A stretch of DNA of 64,000 bases from Balanoglossus misakiensis (Eukaryota > Animalia > Hemichordata), in the NCBI GenBank assembly GCA_040954595.2, contig CM082577.2:6845846-6909845 (forward strand), in the 5' to 3' direction. The notes beneath the pieces are model-generated. The model searched no databases, had not been told where the DNA came from, and saw only the letters and a program-made list of their open reading frames with translations. The position numbers and the translations under genes were made by a program. This document shows, in pieces, positions 53,116 through 64,000 of the stretch. The stretch's first letter is position 1. Each line of letters begins with the position of its first letter.

Positions 53116-56100
53116 ATGTGGTTACAAGTACTATTGGTGCTGGTTTTCCCTATGCAACTTTTTTCCATGTCTTCCGATGAAACGTCGACCGTTTCCAAAG
53201 ACTACTGCGTTATCGGCGCGGGGCCGTCGGGGCTTCAAATGGGGTTCTTTCTGGAGAGGGCCGGCAGAGACTACTTGATTTTTGAGCGGGACAACACGGC
53301 GGGCGCGTTTTACGTCACGTACCCGCGACACCGAAAACTCATCAGCATCAACAAGAGGTACACCGGGAAGACCAACAAGGAGTTCAACTTCAGACACGAT
53401 TGGAACTCGCTTATCAGCGACGACGAGAGTCTGCTGCTGAAGTAAGTGATGTCATCAGAGTGTTAAAAAGTGGTTGTCATAGATGTAGTTATACCTACCA
53501 GAAGGTAGTGTGCATTAATTGCCAGGCATGCATGCTGAAACACTGTAATGATCGACGGGCACGCTCCTTTGCTGCAGTGGAAAAAAGCTTTTACCATAAT
53601 CTTGCATCTTGCAACCAAGGTAACGGTACATGTAATCGATGGAGGCCTATTGAACAGCAAAGATTTGTCATGTCAGGCCCTGCTGCACCGTATTATAAAC
53701 GCATGTGTGTAAAATGAAAATTCACCATTTAAAAGATTTTAGATGGTCTTAGCATGTGATGTAACTGACTTAGGTATGAGTACACCATACATAAATTCAG
53801 TTAATAGATTATGCGTGGGTGCCAAGAGTAAAGTGTGCATTTTCCTCAAGTCACTCATGCATTGGTGACCAGAGTTCTGGAACTGAATATATTTTGTCGA
53901 CATGTCTCCTGGGAAGTAATTTCCTTCAATTTTGTTCCATTAAAACCGTGTTACAAATAAGGATTTCATTTACATTGTGGACAGGATTGATCATGTGCAT
54001 GCATGGGCAAAGCGTAAAAAGCAATTTGAAAATTAGGAAAAACTCAACTATGCATGAAGTGTGAAATTTAGACTTCTTAATCCTCACCCTCTCCCATGAA
54101 CAGTTTAGATGTAGATGCTGATTTCATCCACTAATGCGTCAGATGGCACTTATGTCTGTATATACATTTGACAAACACGTAGCTGTTTCTGATGCTAAAA
54201 AATTCACATCAGTACAACACCTCACCTGTGTTAAAAATGTAAATACCATCGATTTAATGCAACTCTTACAGCAGACTCTGACATCGGCTCTGATTTTGTC
54301 TGATATTTTCCAGTGTATTGTGCCATTTCTTGCAAAGTTAATGCTCGAGTAAACTCACAGAAAATGTCAATTCTACATAAAGTCTGAATTTTAAAGTCTG
54401 ACATCTTCTAGCAGTACGGTTCCCTGCTTATCATTCCAATCAAACTATTGCAAACAATAGGAATGTTGAAAGTCAGGCTGTCAGACATACTGGTTCAAAT
54501 GAAGAGCGCAGAGAGTATAAAGAAACAGCTAAAATTCGCCGTGACAACTGCAGTTAGTCTAATGGCACTCTTGGGAGAAAAACTAGTTTAAGCAGTTAGA
54601 GCAGTAGTTTTCATTGACGAGAAGGTTTGCATTCAGATGCGTACATTTGCCAAGTCATCTCCTGACTGTGAAAAAAACCTTAAAAACCTGGAAGTGTGAC
54701 ATTAGCAGTGGAGAATTATGGGCAAGTGAACAATCACGTCCTGACAGAAGAAATTACCTGCGGAACAAATTACCCATTGTGTTTTATTAACTTAACCCTG
54801 TCGTTTAAGTTCACCTAGGATTCAACCTCTGTTTCAGACACTATTCCAAGGATTTTTTCCCACACGCTGACACGATGGTCAAGTACCTGCAAGACTACGC
54901 AAGTAAACTCCAGTTGAAAATCCAGTACAACACGAACATCGTCAACATCAAGAAGCTGCCCTCGGTCAACAATCCATTGGCCAAGTTCGTCCTCAGAGAT
55001 CAGACAAATAAAACGTACATATGCCAGTAAGTGCCTATAGTTTTTTGTGTGTGTTCCAGTGTCAGCTTTTGTGTTGCATGACCAGCAAATGGCATCATCT
55101 GAATTTAATACTTTATTTGTCTGTTCCTCAAGTTCGATGGATGTTAGCTGTTTTGATTATACTTTAGCTGATGAGTTTCGACCAACTCGGCTCTGAAATA
55201 TTCCAGGTTTGATGTTGGGTTTTCAGTCACACGGCAGGGCAGCTTTGATAGAAATCATTCCCTCGCCAACATTTCAAAAAAAAATTCCCAGTGGAGGTTT
55301 TCTGCAGTGATGGCAATCAGTAGCTTTGCACGATTGCATGATCGAAAAAAATCACATCCCGCAGATACGAGAATGGAATACATCAAGGTACTGTTGGGTT
55401 ATAGCTAAGGCTGGCCGAGATTACTCTGGAAAAGTTAACGACTTTAAGTCATGGAGGTCTGGCGAACATTATCAGATTCTGCCGTAAAAAGGATTTTACC
55501 CCGAGATAGCATGTTGTTGCACTTACGGAGAAACGATTGATGGCCGGGGATATCAAGGCCAGATAACGGAAAAATGTGCCTCTCAAACTCTGATATTTGA
55601 GACTGTTGGAAAAAAATGATTTGGAATAGTTAGGGATGCGAGAAAGAATGTACTGAATGTCAGAAAGTCAAAAGACAGGTGTTTCCTTACTTCTGGCATA
55701 ATGTCAAGTGTTTTGTTTTTCAAAGATATTTGCTTGTGTTGGAAACAGATTGACAGAATATTAAAGTGTGACTTTCTCTGAAAACACGGTACAGAGAAGC
55801 AATGTCTGTCACCAGCAATTTTCATGCGTCGGTTTTCTTTTCAACTTTAGCATTCAGCCATGCAGTCCATGTACTGCTCGTTGGCGATGGAGACACTAAC
55901 AAACCAACCCATAAAACCCAGCACCGTATACATTTCAATTTATCTCCCATTTCTGAGATGACGTGTTGCCCGCAAGAACGCGGTTGTAATTTGCGAAAAA
56001 ATGAAACTTTAATAGTCGGAGGAAGATGAAACTGCTTGTTGCCTGGAGCTCTTTGTAGCAGAGTGTCACTGGCATCATGTTGTTTGGTTGATGCAGCCTT

Positions 56101-57407
56101 TTGCAGTATACATTTGCTGTATGGGTCATGTTTTCCTGGTTGGCTACAATGCCACCTGTGCTTCTCCTTCTGACGCAAACGTCGCGGTGTTGGATTCAGT
56201 AACCAGCTTGAAATGACAGCCCGAAAGCTTTACAGGAAGCCATTTTGTTAATTTGTTTGACAGTGGCCGAAAGCAGGCAAGTGCTGGCAAGCCAAGTTGT
56301 GGTTGCATATATAGCCCCCTACAGGTTCAAGTTTTAATAATTTGAATTGTGTTCTCAGGAAGTATGTGCAGTGTACAAGTCCTGACTTCTCGGCGGAGCA
56401 TGCAAGGTTGCCTAGGCAACAGCGGCGGGCAGTGCCTGGAGGCGAAGCCGTACCGGAGTCAAACAATACCCAGTTAGTTTAAAAGCCAGGATTTAATTCA
56501 GCATGAAAAAAAATTGCCCCGTGGAGGTCATTATCTGACCAATCTCAGATGCAGCCAATCTGATATCGTGGCAGGTTTGGCTATGACGTCAGGTATTCCA
56601 ACAAAAATGAATCATGTGCATGGTTTTGTCGATTCACAAAATGTCCCTATTCAGTCACCCGTACAAAACTACCACCAATCTTTCTCGCATAACAAGGCCA
56701 CTTAGTGGTCCTCGCTGTAATTGCACAAGCACAGGGTCTCAAATTGAAAAGATAAATTTTATCTTGTTTTGGAGTGGCCATTAATCCGAGGAAGAAATTA
56801 ATTTTGCAGAAATTGCTTACTGGATTAACGATACTCGGGCACGTGTTTTCCCCTTGGAGGATTGCAAGACCAATTAAATAGACATCAATTGATAAAGAAT
56901 AGCTAAATCTGATTCAGGATATAATCAGATCTGTGCTTTTACAAAATGGACAATGCAGCGTTTACTATTCTTTAGATTTTGATCTCAGGAAGTGATATCC
57001 AACTGCAAAATCTGATTTGCAAGAACGGCAAATCTGTGCTTATTTTATTGATTACTTTACCAAATGATTGCTTTTAATATCTGAAAAGATGTCAGTGGCT
57101 TAAAAAAAATTCTGTAGACCATCGTCTGTCTCGGCCAACAAACGCAGGAAGGCAGATTTTTCTGGGATGATTACCACCTGCCAGAGATGAGTAAGAGTTT
57201 CAAGTCTGGGAGATATGCGTTCCAGTGAAATTAATTCGCCCATCCGTTAGCCTTTCAGCATGAATTTAAATGTCATAATGATTCCTTCCTAACCTTGTAA
57301 CCCCAATTTTCCGTGGCCAACTTTAAACAAAAGCCGGGATTGACACCACAGCAGTGTTTACTCTAGACTAGCAAAATATATGACTGTGATGTTTATGGTA
57401 ATAATGC

Positions 57408-57442
<35 letters not shown>

Positions 57443-57939
57443 CGTCCGTCTGTCTGTATGTCCGTCCGTCCGTCCGTCTGTCTGTCTGTCCGTCCGTCTG
57501 TCTGAAGGGCATACGATGAACATGTATATTAAAAACAGTCAACAGACACAAAATAAAAATGCTGATATACCAATAATGGAACTTTAACATATTCACTATG
57601 GAGATTGAGTGAGATTGTAATTTGATGTAATATAATCATTCAGGTACTTGAATTAGCTAAGCGTTAAATGTTTCTGATTTTCAACAGGACCTTGATCGTA
57701 AGCACCGGGATTTCCACACCCAACATTCCAGTTTTCAAAGGGATGGAGCACACGGTCGGCTACGAGGACATGTCGCTGAACCAGGAAGACTACGAGGGCA
57801 AGACTGTGCTGATCCTGGGCAGAGGGAACTCCGCCTTCGAGACAGCCGATCATATTATGTCGTACACGAATTTCATCCACATGGTGGCGCGGTCGCGAGT
57901 CAGACTTTCTTGGGAAACCCACTATGTTGGAGATCTACG
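53116..57939 (+). CDS. FOXRED2: FAD-dependent oxidoreductase domain-containing protein 2 (ERFAD), 3'-partial. Coding exons 53116-53441, 54838-55026, 57688-57939
   Basis: Signal peptide, Rossmann [64 protein letters not shown], second Rossmann [14 protein letters not shown], and [17 protein letters not shown]. Junctions are in phase. An acceptor at 53053 implies an upstream non-coding exon. No further exon was recognised before 64000. Confidence 0.93.
57407..57503. repeat. Compound (GTCT)n/(GTCC)n microsatellite
   Basis: Directly visible. Confidence 0.95.
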
Positions 57940-60900
57940 GTAAGTATAACTGTGAATGTGCAGAAGTTTGGTCGACTTTTTTTGTATTTATTAAAGTCCC
58001 AGTAACTCTAACCTACATAAAATTAATGGATAAAAACATGGTAAATTCATTCTTTTGCATGTTTTGTCAGATTTTCTTGTGTTTGTAATCAAAGACAGTT
58101 GCCATATATCATTTAGTAGAGTGTTTCTTGTGTTCTGGACAATTTACTACACCTTACTGAATAGTCTCTCGTAATGCGATTCGCTCCATATTGGTTTGTG
58201 ATTTTAATCTTCAAGATGACAAGATAGTAACAAAATTGTAATTTCATTAGCTGAAAGGCAATTATTGGCTTTCTTCAGAGCATTAAAGGAAAGTGGCAAA
58301 GTACTGTCTCAGAAAGGAGCTCACAATTTATCATATTTTCAGATGATGGATAATCTGTAGTAATAATGAGCACATTGTCCTGGTCTCAGGCAATCATCAC
58401 AAATGATTTCTTCTGATGATTTCAACACTGTTTCCAGATTATGTTATGTGTGAATACAGGGTAAAAGTGAGAAAGCCACCAAAAATATTACCACTGCTAT
58501 GATGAAAGCTAAAATAATAGCCAATATGCCACCCAGTGTAGAGTAAAGGGAAAGAATAAATCGTAGCCGGGGCGTGGTGCTCTTACAATACAGCGACAAG
58601 TGTAATTCACTTTTGATGTCGTCAGATGTCTGAACCTCCGTGGTATCTATGGAAGTATTTTGTTTATATATTATACAAGTCATTCTGACTCATCCTCTGT
58701 CTGCGTTCATTTCACTTGAAAAGAGGGGCTGATTCTTGAAAGAGGTCAACGCTCCCTGGGCGACTCTTGATTATGTCGAGTCCAAAATCCATTCTGCGGT
58801 AAACTGGAAGCGAGGGAACCGCTAAGCAGATTACGGCAGAGAGAAGGTCAAGAATGGGTTCTGTGTAAGCCTCTGATGAGTTTTTGATTGCGCATTAAAT
58901 TTTACAAGAGAGCGCAAACTGTGCGCTAATACGATACCCCCTCAAGCCGTTATTACAGAAAGCCCGCATGGTTCTTCCCCTCGCCTTGTTTGTGGGTCTC
59001 AGAAAACCACGCCGACCATTAACTACCCGCGGGGTGTCATTTCCATTTTTTTCTCTCTTCAAAGAATTATGAATATTAATGCAAGTTCACTCCCGCGGAA
59101 TGATGAGAAAACAACCGGTCTTTGAAGCGGGTGAAGTCTTAATGTGGAAAAGATCCTTAAGGCTCGTAAAATGTTTAAGTGCTCTTGTTGTACGGAAACA
59201 ACTTCTGCTGTAATTGCAGGTTTACAGGACAGTGATATACGTACATAGACAGTGAATGGTGGTTTCCATCGAGTCATGACTGTGGGTTCCCTATTTCATA
59301 TTTCATGTTTTTGCTGTGAAAAGTTGTTTCAATACCATTGAATATAATTTTGTGATTTTAGATACGTATCAAGAATTATGAGCTCTGATCTTGCCACAAC
59401 ATTAGCTAAATCACAGAAAGTGCTGCATCTGACACCTGTATGCCTTGATGTGATGTAGATAGAATGTATTTCCACAATTACTATATCAACAAAGATTTCC
59501 ACAATTACCATATTGACAAGAATTTCATGGAGACCTCAGTCAAATCAGATTTGTCATATTCTGATTTCAGTTTTCAAAACAGATGCACGTAACTCGGCAG
59601 ATTTGATGTTTTGACCTTATTCAGTGATGTTTTCTGACAAACGATGCTAATCAGGCGTCTTTGAAGGTGTCGCCGAAATTTCCTTCGAAGATTTGCGTAT
59701 ATTATGACGAGACAGGTTTCTGATGAATGCCAATGATTGTACGTCACGATCCCCCTTGAAGGCAGTTTTACGTTTGGTAGAAAATTCGCAAGTGGCTTTG
59801 TAAATGCTCGGTCGTGCAATCGCGCCCGGGTTGTTGCAGTACACAAAACCCAGTCAAAGGTATAGAGTTTGTACGTTCGTGCGCAGCTTCCAACAGACTT
59901 CCTTCCACGTGACTTGCGCAAGTGTCGTCTTGTGACGTTAATAATCCCACCCAGCACTCGTTGCAGTTCCTCTGTTCCAATTAATAACTCCCCCTCCCCT
60001 GGGCTGACGTTGTATATGCCCTCTTATACTCAACCACTTCTGACACTCTTGGCAATGAACAGGATAATTCATAATTTTGGATTGATAGCCCTGAAGAACC
60101 GGAGATGACGTGCCGTTAATAACCAGCAATGACGTCAGTCAGCAGGTGAAAAATTGACTCTAGTGTGTCTCATTGTCATCAATCTGTGGCAAGTGAAAGC
60201 GCATTTCCATGAATAGTGCGCAAATCATTTAAGTTTGCACATAACCTACAAAATATGAGCGGAGAAATCAAATGATAAGTTCTAAGCATGTATGTTGCAT
60301 TGGTTTCTTTAAAAGTTGGGTGAGAGGAAACTATTTATTGCAACTATCATGTAAGGTGTACTTTTATCAAAATTCTTTGAGATGATCATATTATCTGATG
60401 GTAAACATTATTCTGTTTGAAAATGTTGTACGTACGTCGGTGTAATCAGAGATGTGCCACCACTATGCGCAAGAGACTGTACAGGTAAAATCAACCGTAC
60501 ATGTATACTGCTTGGCTCACTTTTATTTTGAAAAATGCTCAATCAGTCCAGTGCGCCGTTACTGCATTTCACGGACCCACGAGTCTCGTTAAGCGCAGTC
60601 GAATAACGAGGCGAAAACTAAGTGGCCCGGACCACTGGGAATACCTGCGCCATCAGATGGCGCGATACCGAAAAACAAACCTATCTGATTGCCTTAATCA
60701 TCTTGTTACTCCCAGCGATTGTCTTTCGTTCGATGTTAGAGCTGGCCGACTGCGTCGTAATTGCCGAAGAACTAACAGCGTGGTACGGTTCGAGGGACAG
60801 TTAGATAATCGAGTTCCACACTAATGTGCGCGTCACAATTCTTGAAAGCCGACCAGAAAATATACTACATCTCATGCGATGCAAATTCTCATATCCATTC

Positions 60901-63900
60901 AATTTGTTTTATAATTGTCGTTATCAGAGATGTATAGAGATATTCACGCTGCTATTTCATATTTATTTGCTGAAAATGACAGCAACGTACCGATACAGTA
61001 CCTGCAAATCTCAGTGATGTTTGTGATGCTGTTAAAGAACAACATCCAGTTTATTCAATAAAATGGTTTTAAAAAAAATTATCATCCAAAAATCCATACC
61101 GAGAGCAAATATTGTGTTTTGAGCAACATGGTTTTTCGATCGGAGCAGTCAATTTTTGTAGTCTGCTTTTTCTGCCCTATTAAATTAAGGAGCAAGGCTT
61201 TCTCTGGGTGCGTGTGGACAGCGTTGCTATGGTATCCATCCCTTAACAAGTAGACTACAGGATTTGTAGAATATACATAGATCAGTCGCACTGAAGTAAT
61301 GAATCTTTAGTCTGATGTGAATACCGAGAACGCTGTCATCACCTTTTCTACTTGACGCAATCAACGCCTGTATATCCTGATAACTTGAACTTTCCTCGGG
61401 GGACGTCGAATCTCTTTGTCAAAAGTTAACCCCGCTGACAGTGTGTGATAGATGGAGTGATCGCGACTTGTGAGGTTTGTGTGATCTCTCTGGCGATCCG
61501 TTATGTTTTCCACTTTGCGGTGTACACCTCTGTTAGACAGAAAGATGAGTTTCCAGCTTACTGAACCGTGGGACCAAGTTTAATAGCGTTCTCATCAGTG
61601 GTCCACTGGTTTGATCCCCTCATTTTGTGAGACGAATCTCCCTCGCCTCACGCATCATTTGTTGCTGAGCCCAGCTCTGACCGATTTGATGTCGAGTGCC
61701 GAAGCACCACTGCAATCATTAGAAATTAATTCCATTCTCTTCCCAATCACCGGGGATGCGTTTGCAGTCGATCAGCAAGTTGGTCACGGCCTCTGAAGTC
61801 CCACTTCTCGCAGTTGGCATTTTACCAGCAATAATTTTAGACTCAGTGGCTTTCTGCAATTGCTTTGAAGTCCTCGAACACGTTGGGATTTTAAATAGCA
61901 CTGGGGAAGGTTGCTTGATTGAGCTCGTTGTTTTCATCCTTCTCTTTTAGAAGAGAAAATTTAATTTCATAAAAAAATGCAAACGGCAATAACAACATCT
62001 GAGTATTCTATAATAAACACAGTTCTATTCACGTCCAGAATACTTTCCTTTATACTTAAAGATGATTTAAGCACATGACAAAATGCAATGATCTCACCAT
62101 TCAATACTGGATCGGTCGTATTGAATGAATTGCTGAAATACCGGTAGTTACAGATTCAAACATCACAGTCACATCCCCAGGGTATTCTCCAGACGTGTCC
62201 AATCTCTGTTCACGCGACGTCAATTAATGCAGAGGCACGTGGCTCTGATAACAAATTTTTATTGCGGTTTGCTTACAGCCATGTCTGTACATGCACCTAA
62301 CACTTGTACTATACACACAGGTATTGTCATTAACACCATCTTTATTTCTTCTGAAGACTGCGACAATTAAGGCAGTAAGGGTGGCAGTTTTTTCCCCATG
62401 TGACGTTCTGAGTCGGGATGATGGATTTGAAATTTATACCAGTGTGCATTTTTATTTATACCAATTTCCAGTCCACTATGAAGGATGAAATTGATGTAAA
62501 TGTTATCTTACTACTGTAATTAATTTCAGAAGTGGTTTCATGATTAATACCTCAGAAGCAGCAATATGTAAGTGTAATTTCGGCGAAATAGACAAAGAGA
62601 TGCTATCTGCAGTGATATAAACTACAAAGGAGACGATGGCAATATTGGAATTCTAACATAATGAAGACAGCAAATTACTGCAGCATTATTTTTCCAAGTT
62701 TGATGAGCTCAAATAAATTTTGATTGCAATGGCTTCTTTATATAGAGTTCACTTCACATTACAAGCCAGCTTTGTGCGCTGATTGATATCTCAGTAGCTG
62801 CTGAACCTCCACGGTTTGTGATTGAAATCAGAATTACAGTCCGAGCCCGTCAAACGGCGACGTGTATGTCTTTCAGTTCTGTAATTATTCATGGAGAGAT
62901 ATTGTCTGGCTGCGAGGGCACTGTCTGTTGCCCCGACGATTCTGAGACAGAAGTAGACAAATGCAGTTTGGTTTGCTCATCACAGATTTCTGAAAGCTTG
63001 AACAAGTATCCAAGAAAAGATAACTTAGTTTGTTGTCTATTACCCTACGCTTCAACAATTGCTTCAACAGGAACATGCTTTATAATTTATAATTTAGAAA
63101 TAGAATTTGTACAGTGCATGTAGTTGATTTAACTCCGAGCCAAATATGTAATCCTCATCCTCATCCCAGGTATTAAAAATTACGTCTAAAAATTTGTGAA
63201 AATCTTAGTTAGCTGTTTTCATTTTCTAGATTTTGAAAGGAAATGAGATTTGCCTGAAGGCGTTTGTGATATTAGATATACCGAGTTGATTGGATTAGAG
63301 TCAGATTTCAAAGGCTGATAACAAATTGATAAGAATCACTGCAGTCCTTGATAAGAAGGTGAGAAAATGAGAGAAAAAAAAATCCAGATGGCACCCAGTC
63401 AGATATATTGGATCATAGATTCTCTCTTCTGCCAATTCTCAGTTTTTGTAACGAGTTCTAGCCCCTTTGGAGTTGAGAGAGCAAGGGCCAATTCCCATGG
63501 GTGCACACGCTGAAATCTGTCTTGAAGGGAACAATCACTCGCAAACTTTGTTTGCCATTTCCGCTGTTATTATATTTTTGTGTTGAAAAAAAACTCACGT
63601 GATCGCAGTTTCTCCAAGAAGCCATTTGTCATCCTGCTCTGAAAGGAATATTTTCTTTTGTTCAAGCCAGTTTAGCTTTTATGAATTCTAAATATTTATA
63701 GATTTAGTTATTATATCTGAAGAAAGAGAGTGAAATTTTCTAGTACTTAAATCTTGTTTCGCTCTGACTGGAGGTAGCCTGGAGGCTCGTGTTGGCCACA
63801 GTGGAGTCCAATTCTGTGTTTGCCTGAGAGTAGACTACTGCAGCAGAGGGAACGTACTATATTCTTGCATTATAGATCACAACAATAAATGTTGAAGCCT

Positions 63901-64000
63901 GTAAGGAAGTTAGTAATTAAGTCGCATCCTCACTGCGCTGGCACAATAGATGGATTTATCTGACAACAATGAAGGTGGTGCTACGTGTTTCCTGTGTGAG

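Noticed and set aside
1-64000. Prokaryotic systems (CRISPR, operons), rRNA, tRNA, snRNA
   Set aside because: No repeat-spacer array or recognisable structural RNA seen; the DNA is spliceosomal-intron-containing animal sequence.

Overview
Eukaryotic, animal genomic DNA with GT-AG introns. Gene content and composition suggest a marine invertebrate, possibly a hemichordate or echinoderm; this is inference only. The first 22.5 kb is gene-dense. It holds a TNF-receptor-superfamily gene (-, runs off the window), an orphan group-A bHLH factor with a PLDLS motif (-), and a 6-exon type II membrane protein fusing an FkbM-type SAM methyltransferase to a catalytically degenerate NodB/CE4 domain (+). It continues with two tandem intronless CYP1-like P450s (-), a palindromic TTAA-flanked MITE, an intronless cytosolic sulfotransferase (+) and an 8-exon gamma-glutamyl hydrolase (-). 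The remaining ~41 kb is almost all non-coding and contains the first three coding exons of FOXRED2 (+). The most notable items are the compact methyltransferase-P450-P450-sulfotransferase cluster, the FkbM/pseudo-deacetylase fusion, and the mosaic divergence of the two P450s. Exon structures were derived by hand from splice signals and frame continuity; no searches were run.
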